A DNA stretch of 64,000 nt, from positions 20,398,001 to 20,462,000 of the forward strand of contig OZ024744.1 in assembly GCA_964016885.1 (NCBI GenBank), in the 5' to 3' direction. Numbering within the stretch: position 1 is the first letter of the stretch; every line of letters begins with the position of its first letter. The translations under genes and the position numbers were made by a program. The DNA is from Eledone cirrhosa. Its lineage: Eukaryota. Positions 26,701 through 40,139 of this stretch are shown here, one piece after another. The notes below the pieces were generated by a model. That model was not told the DNA's origin. It did no database searches and saw only the letters and a program-made list of their open reading frames with translations.

Positions 26701-29700
26701 CAGTTGAATCTTAAGAACTGACTTGTTCTAACAACAGTTCAGCCTTAAGAACTGACTCGTTTTAAAACAGTTGAATCGTTAGAACTGACTCGTTTTAACA
26801 ACAGTTGAATCTTAAGATAAACCTCGTTTTAACAACAGTTGAATCTTAAGAACTGACTCGTTTTAACAACAGTTAAATCTTAATAACTGACTCGTTTTAA
26901 CAACAGTTGAATGTTAAGATAAAACTCGTTTTAACAATAGTTGAATCTTAAGAACTGACTCGTTTTAACAACAGTTGAATCTTAAGATAAAACTCGTTTT
27001 AACAACTGTTGAATCTTAAGAACTGACTCGTTTTAACAACAGCTGAATCTTAAGATAAAACTCGTTTTAACAACAGTTGAATCTTAAGAACTGACTCGTT
27101 TTATCAACAGTTGAGTCTTCAAATAAAACTCGTTTTAACAACAGTTGAATCTTAAGAACTGACTCGTTTTAACAACAGTTGAATGTTAAGATAAAACTCG
27201 TTTTAACAATAGTTGAATCTTAAGAACTGACTCGTTTTAACAACAGTTGAATCTTAAGATAAAACTCGTTTTAACAACAGTTGAATCTTAAGAACTGACT
27301 CGTTTTAACAACAGCTGAATCTTAAGATAAAACTCGTTTTAACAACAGTTCAAACTTAAGAACTGACTCGTTTTAACAAAAGTTGAATCTTATGAACTCA
27401 TTCATTTTAACAACAGTTGAATCTTAAGATAACATTCGTTTTAACAACAGTTGAATCTTAAGAACTGATTCGTTTTAACAACAGTTGAATCTTAAGATAA
27501 AACTCGTTTTAACAACAGTTGAATCTTAAGAACGGACTCGTTTTAACAACAGCTGAATCTTAAGATAAAACTCGTTTTAACAACAGTTGAATCTTAAGAA
27601 CTGATTCGTTTTAACAACAGTTCAAACTTAAGAACTGACTCGTTTTAACAACAGTTGAATCTTATGAACTGACTCATTTTAACAACAGTTGAATCTTAAG
27701 ATAACATTCGTTTTAACAACAGTTGAGTCTTAAGAACTGACTCGTTTTAACAACAGTTGAATCTTAAGATAAAACTCGTTTTAACAACAGTTGAATCTTA
27801 AGAACTGACTCGTTTTAACGACAGCTGAATCTTAAGATAAAACTCGTTTTAACAACAGTTCAAACTTAAGAAATGACTCGTTTTAACAACAGTTGAATCT
27901 TATGAACTGACTCATTTTAACAAAAGTTGAATCTTAAGAACTGATTCGTTTTAACAACAGTTGAATCTTAAGATAAAACTCGTTTTAACAACAGTTGAAT
28001 CTTAAGAACTGGCTCGTTTTAACCACAGCTGAATCTTAAGATAAAACTCGTTTTAATAACAGTTGAATCTTAAGAACTGACTCGTTTTAACAACAGCTGA
28101 ATCTTAAGATAAAACTCGTTTTAACAACAGTTGAATCTTAAGAACTGACTCGTTTTAACAACAGTTGAATCTTAAGATAAAACTCGTTTGAACAACAGTT
28201 GAATCTTATGAACTGATTCGTTTTAACAACAGTTGAATCTTAATAACTGACTCGTTTTAACAACAGTTGAATCTTAAGAACTGACTCGTTTTAACAACAG
28301 CTGAATCTTAAGATAAAACTCGTTTTAACAACAGTTGAATCTTAAAGATAAAACTCGCTTTAACAACAGTTGAATCTTAAGAACTGACTCGTTTTAACAA
28401 CAATTGAATCTTAAGACAAAACCCGTTTTAACAACAGTTGATTCTTAAGAACTGTCTCGTTTTAACAACAGTTGAATCTTAAGATAAACCTCGTTTTAAC
28501 AACAGTTTAATCTTAAGAACTGATTCGTTTTAACAACAGTTGAATCTTAATAACTGACTCGTTTTAACAACAGTTGAATCTTAAGAACTGACTTGTTCTA
28601 ACAACAGTTCAGCCTTAAGAACTGACTCGTTTTAAAACAGTTGAATCGTTAGAACTGACTCGTTTTAACAACGGTTGAATCTTAAAATAAAACTCGTTTT
28701 AACAATAGTTGAATCTCAAGAACTGACTCGTTTTAGCAACAGTTGATTCTTAAGATAAACCTCGTTTTAACAACAGTTTATTCTTAAGAACCGACTCGTT
28801 TTAACAACAGTTAAATCTAAATAACTGACTCGTTTTAACAACAGTTGAATGTTAAGATAAAACTCGTTTTAACAATAGTTGAACCTTAAGAACTGACTCG
28901 TTTTAACAACAGTTGAATCTTAAGATAAAACTCGTTTTAACAACTGTTGAATCTTAAGAACTGACTCGTTTTAACAACAGCTGAATCTTAAGATAAAACT
29001 CGTTTTAAGAACAGTTGAATCTTAAGAACTGACTCGTTTTAACAACAGTTGAATCTTAAGAACTGACTCGTTTTAACAACAGTTGAATGTTAAGATAAAA
29101 CTCGTTTTAACAATAGTTGAATCTTAAGAACTGACTCGTTTTAACAACAGTTGAATCTTAAGATAAAACTCGTTTTAACAACAGTTGAATCTTAAGAACT
29201 GACTCGTTTTAACAACAGCTGAATCTTAAGATAAAACTCGTTTTAACAACAGTTGAATCCTAAGAACTGACTTGTTTTCTTAACAGTTCAACCGTAAGAA
29301 CTGACTCGTTTTAACAACAGTTGAATGTTCAAATAAAACTCGTTTTAACAACAGTTGAATCTTAAGAACTGACTGGTTTTAACAACAGTTGAATCTTAAG
29401 AACTGACTCGTTTTAACAACAGTTAAATCTTAATAACTGACTCGTTTTAACAACAGTTGAATGTTAAGATAAAACTCGTTTTAACAACTGTTGAATCTTA
29501 AGAACTGACTCGTTGTAACAACAGCTGAATCTTAAGATAAAACTCGTTTTAACAACAGTTGAATCTTAAGAACTGACTCGTTTTAACAACAGTTAAATCT
29601 TCAAATAAAACTCGTTTTAACAACAGTTGAACATTAAGAACTGTCTCGTTTTAACAACAGTTGAATGTTAAGATAAAACTCGTTTTAACAATAGTTGAAT

Positions 29701-32700
29701 CTTAAGAACTGACTCGTTTTAACAACAGTTGAATCTTAAGATAAAACTCGTTTTAACAACAGTTGAATCTTAAGAACTGAATCGTTTTAACAACAGCTGA
29801 ATCTTAAGATAAAACTCGTTTTAACAACAGTTCAAACTTAAGAAATGACTCGTTTTAACAACAGTTGAATCTTATGAACTGACTCATTTTAACAACAGTT
29901 GAATCTTAAGAACTGATTCGTTTTAACAACAGTTGAATCTTAAGATAAAACTCGTTTTAACAACAGTTGAATCTTAAGAACTGACTCGTTTTAGCAACAG
30001 CTGAATCTTAAGATAAAACTCGTTTTAACAACAGTTGAATCTTAAGAACTTACTCGTTTTAACAACAGCTGAATCTTAATATAAAACTCGTTTTAACAGC
30101 AGTTGAATCTTAAGATAAAACTCGTTTTAACAACAGTTGAATCTTAAGAACTGACTCGTTTTAACAACAGTTGAATCTTAAGATAAAACTCGTTTTAACA
30201 ACAGTTGAATCTTATGAACTAACTCATTTTAACAACAGTTGAATCTTAAGTTAAGACTCGTTTTAACAACAGTTGAATCTTAAGAACTGACTCGTTTTAA
30301 CGACAGCTGAATCTTAAGATAAAACTCGTTTTAACAACAGTTGAATCTTAAGAACTGACTCGTTTTAACCACAGCTGAATCTTAATATAAAACTCGTTTT
30401 AACAGCAGTTGAATCTTAAGATAAAACTCGTTTTAACAACAGTTGAATCTTAAGAACTGACTCGTTTTAACAACAGTTGAATCTTAAGATAAAACTCGTT
30501 TTAACAACAGTTGAATCTTATGAACTAACTCATTTTAACAACAGTTGAATCTTAAGATAAAACTCGTTTTACCAACTGTTGAATCTTAAGAACTGACTCG
30601 TTTTAAAAACAGCTGAATCTTAAGATATAACTCGTTTTAACAACAGTTGGATCTTAAGAACTGACTCGTTTTAACAACAGTGGAATCTTCAAATAAAACT
30701 CGTTTTAACAACAGTTGAATCTTAAGAACTGACTCGTTTTAACAACAGTTGAATCTTAAGATAAAACTCGTTTTAACAACAGTTGAATCTTAAGAACTGA
30801 CTTGTTTTATCAACAGTTCAACCGTAAGAACTGACTCGTTTTAACAGCAGTTGAATGTTCAAATAAAACTCGTTTTAACAACAGTTGAATCTTAAGAACT
30901 GACTCGTTTTAACAACAGTTGAATCTTAAGAACTGACTCGTTTTAACAACAGTTAAATCTTAATAACTGACTCGTTTTAACAACAGTTGAATATTTAGAT
31001 AAAACTCGTTTTAACAACAGTTGAATCTTAAGAACTGACTCGTTTTAACAACAGCTGAATCTTAAGATAAAACTCGTTTTAACAACAGTTGAATCTTAAG
31101 AACTGACTCGTTTTAACAACAGTTGAATCTTCAAATAAAACTCGTTTTAACAACAGTTGAACATTAAGAACTGACTCGTTTTAACAACAGTTAAATGTTA
31201 AGATTAAACTCGTTTTAACAATAGTTGAATCTTAAGAACTGACTCGTTTTAACAACAGTTGAATCTTAAGATAAAACTCGTTTTAACAACAGTTGAATCT
31301 TAAGAACTGACTCGTTTTAACAACAGCTGAATCTTAAGATAAAACTCGTTTTAACAACAGTTGAATCTTAAGAACTGACTCGTTTTAACAACAGTTAAAT
31401 GTTAAGATTAAACTCGTTTTAACAATAGTTGAATCTTAAGAACTGACTCGTTTTAACGACAGCTGTATCTTAAGATAAAACTCGTTTTAACAACAGTTGA
31501 ATCTTAAAGATAAAACTCGCTTTAACAACAGTTGAATCTTAAGAACTGACTCGTTTTAACAACAGTTGAATCTTAAGACAAAACCCGTTTTAACAACAGT
31601 TGAATCTTAAGAACTGTCTCGTTTTAACAACAGTTGAATCTTAAGATAAACCTCGTTTTAACAACAGTTTAATCTTAAGAACTGACTCGTTTTAACAACA
31701 GTTGAATCTTAAGACAAAACTCGTTTTAACAACAGTTGAATCTTAAGAACTGACTTGTTCTAACAACAGTTCAGCCTTAAGAACTGACTCGTTTTAAAAC
31801 ATTTGAATCGTTAGAACTGACTCGTTTTAACAACAGTTGAATCTTAAAATAAAACTCGTTTTAACAATAGTTGAATCTCAAGAACTGACTCGTTTTAGCA
31901 ACAGTTGAATCTTAAAATAACACTCGTTTTCATAACAGTTGAATCTTAAGAACTGACTCGTTTTAACAACAGTTAAATCTTAATAACTGACTCGTTTTAA
32001 CAACAGTTGAATGTTAAGATAAAACTCGTTTTAACAATAGTTGAATCTTAAGAACTGACTCGTTTTAACAACAGTTGAATCTTAATATAAAACTCGTTTT
32101 AACAACTGTTGAATCTTAAGAACTGACTCGTTTTAACAACAGCTGAATCTTAAGATAAAACTCGTTTTAACAACAGTTGAATCTTAAGAACTGACTCGTT
32201 TTAACAACAGTTGAATCTTCAAATAAAACTCGTTTTAACAACAGTTGAATCTTAAGAACTGACTCGTTTTAACAACAGTTGAATGTTAAGATAAAACTCG
32301 TTTTAACGATAGTTGATTCTTAAGAACTGACTCGTTTTAACAACAGTTGAATCTTAAGATAAAACTCCTTTTAACAACAGTTGAATCTTAAGAACTGACT
32401 CGTTTTAACAACAGCTGAATCTTAAGATAAAGCTCGTTTTAACAACAGTTCAAACTTAAGAAATGACTCGTTTTAACAAAAGTTGAATCTTATGTACTCA
32501 CTCATTTTAACAACAGTTGAATCTTAAGAACAGACTCGTTTTAACAACAGTTGAATCTTAAAGATAAAACTCGTTTCAACAACAGTTGAATCTTAAGAAC
32601 TGACTCGTTTTAACAACAGCTGAATCTTAAGATAAAACTCGTTTTAACAACAGTTGAATCTTAAAATAAAACTCGTTTTAACAACAGTTGAATCTTAAGA

Positions 32701-33799
32701 ACTGACTCGTTTTAACAACAGTTGAATCTTAAGATAAAACTCGTTTCAACAACAGTTGAATCTTATGAACTAACTAATTTTTACAACAGTTGAATCTTAA
32801 GTTAAGACTCGTTTTAACAACAGTTGAATCTTAAGAACTGACTCGTTTTAACAACAGATGAATCTTAACATAAAACTCCTTTTAACAACAGTTGAATCTT
32901 AAAGATAAAACTCGCTTTAACAACAGTTGAATCTTAAGACAAAACCCGTTTTAACAACAGTTGAATCTTAAGAACTGTCTCCTTTTAACAACAGTTGAAT
33001 CTTAAGATAAACCTCATTTTAACAACAGTTGAATCTTAAGAAATGACTCGTTTTAACAACAGTTGAATCTTAAGATAAAACTCGTTTTAACAACAGTTGA
33101 ATCTTAAGAACTGACTTGTTTTATCAACAGTTCAACCGTAAGAACTGACTCGTTTTAACAACAGTTGAATGTTCAAATAAAACTCGTTTTAACAACAGTT
33201 GAATCTTAATAACTGACTCGTTTTAACAACAGTTGAATCTTAAGAACTGACTCGTTTTAACAACAGTTAAATCTTAATAACTGACTCGTTTTAACAACAG
33301 TTGAATATTTAGATAAAACTCGTTTTAACAACAGTTGAATCTTAAAAACTGACTCGTTTTAACAACAGTTGAATGTTAAGATAAAACTCGTTTTAACAAT
33401 AGTTGAATCTTAAGAACTGACTCGTTTTAACAACAGTTGAATCTTAAGAACTGACTCGTTTTAACAACAGTTGAATCTTAAGATAAAACTCGTTTTAACA
33501 ACAGTTGAATCTTAAGAACTGACTCGTTTTAACAACAGATGAATCTTAAGATAAAACTCGTTTTAACAACAGTTGAATCTTAAGAACGGACTCGTTTTAA
33601 CAACAGCTGAATCTTAAGATAAAACTCGTTTTAACAACAGTTGAATCTTAAGAACTGATTCGTTTTAACAACAGTTCAAACTTAAGAACTGACTCGTTTT
33701 AACAACAGTTGAATCTTATGAACTGACTCATTTTAACAACAGTTGAATCTTAAGATAACATTCGTTTTAACAACAGTTGAGTCTTAAGAACTGACTCGT

Positions 33800-36200
33800 T
33801 ATAACAACAGTTGAATCTTAAGGACTGACTCGTTTTAACAACAGTTGAATCTTATGAACTGACTCATTTTAACAACAATTGAATCTTAAGATAACATTCG
33901 TTTTAACAACAGTTGAATCTTAAGAACTGACTCGTTTTATCAACAGTTCAACCTTAAGAAGGAACTCGTTTTAACAACAGTTGAATCATCAAATCAAACT
34001 CGTTCTAACAACAGTTGAATCTTAAGAGAAAACTAGTTTTAACAACAGTTGAATCTTAAGAACTGACTCGTTTTAACAACAGTTGAATGTTAAGATAAAA
34101 CTCGTTTTAACAATAGTTGAATCTTAAGAACTGACTCGTTTTAACAACAGTTGAATCTTAAGATAAAACTCGTTTTACCAACTGTTGAATCTTAAGAACT
34201 GACTCTTTTTAACAACAGTTGAATCTTAAGACAAAACTCGTTTTAACAACAGTTGAATGTTAAGAACTGACTTGTTCTAACAACAGTTCAGCCTTAAGAA
34301 CTGACTCGTTTTAAAACAGTTGAATTGTTAGAACTGACTCGTTTTAACAACAGTTGAATCTTAAGATAAACCTTGTTTTAACAACAGTTGAATCTTAAGA
34401 ACTGACTCGTTTTAACAACAGTTAAATCTTAATAACTGACTCGTTTTAACAACAGTTGAATGTTAAGATAAAACTCGTTTTAACAATAGTTGAATCTTAA
34501 GAACTGACTCGTTTTAACAACAGTTGAATCTTAAGATAAAACTCGTTTTAACAACAGTTGAATCTTAAGAACTGACTCGTTTTAACAACAGTTGAATCTT
34601 CAAATAAAACTCGTTTTAACAACAGTTGAATCTTAAGAACTGACTCGTTTTAACAACAGTTGAATGTTAAGATAAAACTCGTTTTAACAATAGTTGAATC
34701 TTAAGAACTGACTCGTTTTAACAACAGTTGAATGTTAAGATAAAACTCGTTTTAACAACAGTTGAATCTTAAGAACTGACTCGTTTTAACAACAGCTGAA
34801 TCTTAAGATAAAACTCGTTTTAACAACAGTTCAAACTTAAGAACTGACTCGTTTTAACAAAAGTTGAATCTTATGAACTCATTCATTTTAACAACAGTTG
34901 AATCTTAAGATAACATTCGTTTTAACAACAGTTGAATCTTAAGAACAGACTCGTTTTAACAACAGTTGAATCTTAAAGATAAAACTCGTTTCAACAACAG
35001 TTGAATCTTAAAGATAAAACTCGTTTCAACAACAGTTGAATCTTAAGAACTGGCCCGTTTTAACAACAGCTGAATCTTAAGATAAAACTCGTTTTAACAA
35101 CAGTTGAATCTTAAGATAAAACTCGTTTTAACAACAGTTGAATCTTAAGAACTGATTCGTTTTAACAACAGTTGAATCTTAAGATAAAACTCGTTTTAAT
35201 AACAGTTGAATCTTAAGAACTGACTCGTTTTAACCACAGCTGAATCTTAAGATAAAACTCGTTTTAATAACAGTTGAATCTTAAGAACTGACTCGTTTTA
35301 ACAACAGCTGCATCTTAAGATAAAACTCGTTTTAACAACAGTTGAATCTTAAAGATAAAACTCGCTTTAACAACAGTTGAATCTTAAGAACTGACTCGTT
35401 TTAACAACAATTGAATCTTAAGATAAACCTCGTTTTAACAACAGTTTAATCTTAAGAACTGACTCGTTTTAACAACAGTTGAATCTTAAGACAAAACTCG
35501 TTTTAACAACAGTTGAATCTTAAGAACTGACTCGTTTTAACAACAATTGAATCTTAAGATAAACCTCGTTTTAACAACAGTTCAGCCTTAAGAACTGACT
35601 CGTTTTAAAACAGTTGAATCGTTAGAACTGACTCGTTTTAACAACAGCTGCATCTTAAGATAAAACTCGTTTGAACAACAGTTGAATCTTATGAACTAAC
35701 TAATTTTTACAACAGTTGAATCTTAAGTTAAGACTCGTTTTAACAACAGTTGAATCTTAAGAACTGACTCGTTTTAACAACAGCTGCATCTTAAGATAAA
35801 ACTCGTTTTAACAACAGTTGAATCTTAAAGATAAAACTCGTTTCAACAACAGTTAAATCTAAATAACTGACTCGTTTTAACAACAGTTGAATGTTAAGAT
35901 AAAACTCGTTTTAACAATAGTTGAATCTTAAGAACTGACGCGTTTTAACAACAGTTGAATCTTAAGATAAAACTCGTTTTAACAACTGTTGAATCTTAAG
36001 AACTGACTCGTTTTAACAACAGCTGAATCTTAAGATAAATCTCATTTTAACAACAGTTGAATCTTAAGAAATGACTCGTTTTAACAACAGTTGAATCTTC
36101 AAATAAAACTCGTTTTAACAACAGTTGAATCTTAAGAACTGACTCGTTTTAACAACAGTTGAATCTTAAGATAAAACTCGTTTTAACAACAGTTGAATCT
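33800..36200. repeat. Dispersed copy of about 22510-25070 (offset 11,292 bp, falling to 11,122 bp after a net loss of 5 monomers)
   Basis: AAGGACTG at 22528/33820, GAATTGTT at 23030/34322, AGATAAATCTCATT at 24911/36033. Both blocks share the three CAGCTGCATC variants. Confidence 0.85.
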
Positions 36201-39200
36201 TAAGAACTGACTTGTTTTATCAACAGTTCAACCGTAAGAACTGACTCGTTTTAACAGCAGTTGAATGTTCAAATAAAACTCGTTTTAACAACAGTTGAAT
36301 CTTAAGAACTGACTCGTTTTAACAACAGTTGAATCTTAAGAACTGACTCGTTTTAACAACAGTTAAATCTTAATAACTGACTCGTTTTAACAACAGTTGA
36401 ATATTTAGATAAAACTCGTTTTAACAACAGTTGAATCTTAAGAACTGACTCGTTTTAACAACAGCTGAATCTTAAGATAAAACTCGTTTTAACAACAGTT
36501 GAATCTTAAGAACTGACTCGTTTTAACAACAGTTGAATCTTCAAATAAAACTCGTTTTAACAACAGTTGAACATTAAGAACTGACTCGTTTTAACAACAG
36601 TTAAATGTTAAGATTAAACTCGTTTTAACAATAGTTGAATCTTAAGAACTGACTCGTTTTAACAACAGATGAATCTTAAGATAAAACTCGTTTTAACAAC
36701 AGTTGAATCTTAAGAACTGACTCGTTTTAACAACAGCTGAATCTTAAGATAAAACTCGTTTTAACAACAGTTGAATCTTAAGAACTGACTCGTTTTAACA
36801 ACAGTTAAATGTTAAGATTAAACTCGTTTTAACAATAGTTGAATCTTAAGAACTGACTCGTTTTAACGACAGCTGTATCTTAAGATAAAACTCGTTTTAA
36901 CAACAGTTGAATCTTAAAGATAAAACTCGCTTTAACAACAGTTGAATCTTAAGAACTGACTCGTTTTAACAACAGTTGAATCTTAAGACAAAACCCGTTT
37001 TAACAACAGTTGAATCTTAAGAACTGTCTCGTTTTAACAACAGTTGAATCTTAAGATAAACCTCGTTTTAACAACAGTTTAATCTTAAGAACTGACTCGT
37101 TTTAACAACAGTTGAATCTTAAGACAAAACTCGTTTTAACAACAGTTGAATCTTAAGAACTGACTTGTTCTAACAACAGTTCAGCCTTAAGAACTGACTC
37201 GTTTTAAAACATTTGAATCGTTAGAACTGACTCGTTTTAACAACAGTTGAATCTTAAAATAAAACTCGTTTTAACAATAGTTGAATCTCAAGAACTGACT
37301 CGTTTTAGCAACAGTTGAATCTTAAAATAACACTCGTTTTCATAACAGTTGAATCTTAAGAACTGACTCGTTTTAACAACAGTTAAATCTTAATAACTGA
37401 CTCGTTTTAACAACAGTTGAATGTTAAGATAAAACTCGTTTTAACAATAGTTGAATCTTAAGAACTGACTCGTTTTAACAACAGTTGAATCTTAATATAA
37501 AACTCGTTTTAACAACTGTTGAATCTTAAGAACTGACTCGTTTTAACAACAGCTGAAACTTAAGATAAAACTCGTTTTAACAACAGTTGAATCTTAAGAA
37601 CTGACTCGTTTTAACAACAGTTGAATCTTCAAATAAAACTCGTTTTAACAACAGTTGAATCTTAAGAACTGACTCGTTTTAACAACAGTTGAATGTTAAG
37701 ATAAAACTCGTTTTAACGATAGTTGATTCTTAAGAACTGACTCGTTTTAACAACAGTTGAATCTTAAGATAAAACTCCTTTTAACAACAGTTGAATCTTA
37801 AGAACTGACTCGTTTTAACAACAGCTGAATCTTAAGATAAAGCTCGTTTTAACAACAGTTCAAACTTAAGAAATGACTCGTTTTAACAAAAGTTGAATCT
37901 TATGTACTCACTCATTTTAACAACAGTTGAATCTTAAGATAACATTCATTTTAACAACAGTTGAATCTTAAGAACTGATTCGTTTTAACAACAGTTGAAT
38001 CTTAAGATAAAACTCGTTTTAACAACAGTTGAATCTTAAGAACGGACTCGTTTTAACAACAGTTGAATCTTAAGAACTGATTCGTTTTAACAACAGTTCA
38101 AACTTAAGAACTGACTCGTTTTAACAACAGTTGAATCTTATGAACTGACTCATTTTAACAACAGTTGAATCTTAAGATAACATTCGTTTTAACAACAGTT
38201 GAATCTTAAGAACAGACTCGTTTTAACAACAGTTGAATCTTAAAGATAAAACTCGTTTCAACAACAGTTGAATCTTAAGAACTGACTCGTTTTAACAACA
38301 GCTGAATCTTAAGATAAAACTCGTTTTAACAACAGTTGAATCTTAAGATAAAACTCGTTTTAACAACAGTTGAATCTTAAGAACTGACTCGTTTTAACAA
38401 CAGTTGAATCATAAGATAAAACTCGTTTCAACAACAGTTGAATCTTATGAACTAACTAATTTTTACAACAGTTGAATCTTAAGTTAAGACTCGTTTTAAC
38501 AACAGTTGAATCTTAAGAACTGACTCGTTTTAACAACAGATGAATCTTAACATAAAACTCCTTTTAACAACAGTTGAATCTTAAAGATAAAACTCGCTTT
38601 AACAACAGTTGAATCTTAAGACAAAACCCGTTTTAACAACAGTTGAATCTTAAGAACTGTCTCCTTTTAACAACAGTTGAATCTTAAGATAAACCTCGTT
38701 TTAACAACAGTTGAATCTTAAGAACTGACTCGTTTTAACAACAGATGAATCTTATGATAAAACTCGTTTTAACAACAGTTGAATCTTAAGAACTGACTTG
38801 TTTTATCAACAGTTCAGCCGTACGAACTGACTCATTTTAACAACAGTTGAATCTTAAGAAATGACTCGTTTTAACAACAGTTGAATGTTCAAATAAAACT
38901 CGTTTTAACAACAGTTGAATCTTAATAACTGACTCGTTTTAACAACAGTTGAATCTTAAGAACTGACTCGTTTTAACAACAGTTAAATCTTAATAACTGA
39001 CTCGTTTTAACAACAGTTGAATATTTAGATAAAACTCGTTTTAACAACAGTTGAATCTTAAAAACTGACTCGTTTTAACAACAGTTGAATGTTAAGATAA
39101 AACTCGTTTTAACAATAGTTGAATCTTAAGAACTGACTCGTTTTAACAACAGTTGAATCTTAAGAACTGACTCGTTTTAACAACAGTTGAATCTTAAGAT

Positions 39201-39500
39201 AAAACTCGTTTTAACAACAGTTGAATCTTAAGAACTGACTCGTTTTAACAACAGATGAATCTTAAGATAAAACTCGTTTTAACAACAGTTGAATCTTAAG
39301 AACGGACTCGTTTTAACAACAGCTGAATCTTAAGATAAAACTCGTTTTAACAACAGTTGAATCTTAAGAACTGATTCGTTTTAACAACAGTTCAAACTTA
39401 AGAACTGACTCGTTTTAACAACAGTTGAATCTTATGAACTGACTCATTTTAACAACAGTTGAATCTTAAGATAACATTCGTTTTAACAACAGTTGAGTCT
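36110..39500. repeat. Copy of about 30700-33790 (offset 5,410 bp, later 5,716 bp)
   Basis: ATTTGAATCG at 31801/37211, TATGTACTCA at 32491/37901, TTAACAGCAGTTGAATGTTC at 30841/36251, CTTAAAAACT at 33341/39057. Confidence 0.88.
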
Positions 39501-40139
39501 TAAGAACTGACTCGTTTTAACAACAGTTGAATCTTAAGATAAAACTCGTTTTAACAACAGTTGAATCTTAAGAACTGACTCGTTTTAACGACAGCTGAAT
39601 CTTAAGATAAAACTCGTTTTAACAACAGTTCAAACTTAAGAAATGACTCGTTTTAACAACGGTTGAATCTTATGAACTGACTCATTTTAACAAAAGTTGA
39701 ATCTTAAGAACTGATTCGTTTTAACAACAGTTGAATCTTAAGATAAAACTCGTTTTAACAACAGTTGAATCTTAAGAACTGACTCGTTTTAACCACAGCT
39801 GAATCTTAAGATAAAACTCGTTTTAATAACAGTTGAATCTTAAGAACTGACTCGTTTTAACAACTGCTGAATCTTAAGATAAAACTCGTTTTAACAACAG
39901 TTGAATCTTAAGATAAAACTCGTTTTAACAACAGTTGAATCTTAAGAACTGAATCGTTTTAACAACAGTTGAATCTTAAGATAAAACTCGTTTGAACAAC
40001 AGTTGAATCTTATGAACTAACTAATTTTTACAACAGTTGAATCTTAAGTTAAGACTCGTTTTAACAACAGTTGAATCTTAAGAACTGACTCGTTTTAACA
40101 ACAATTGAATCTTAAGACAAAACCCGTTTTAACAACAGT

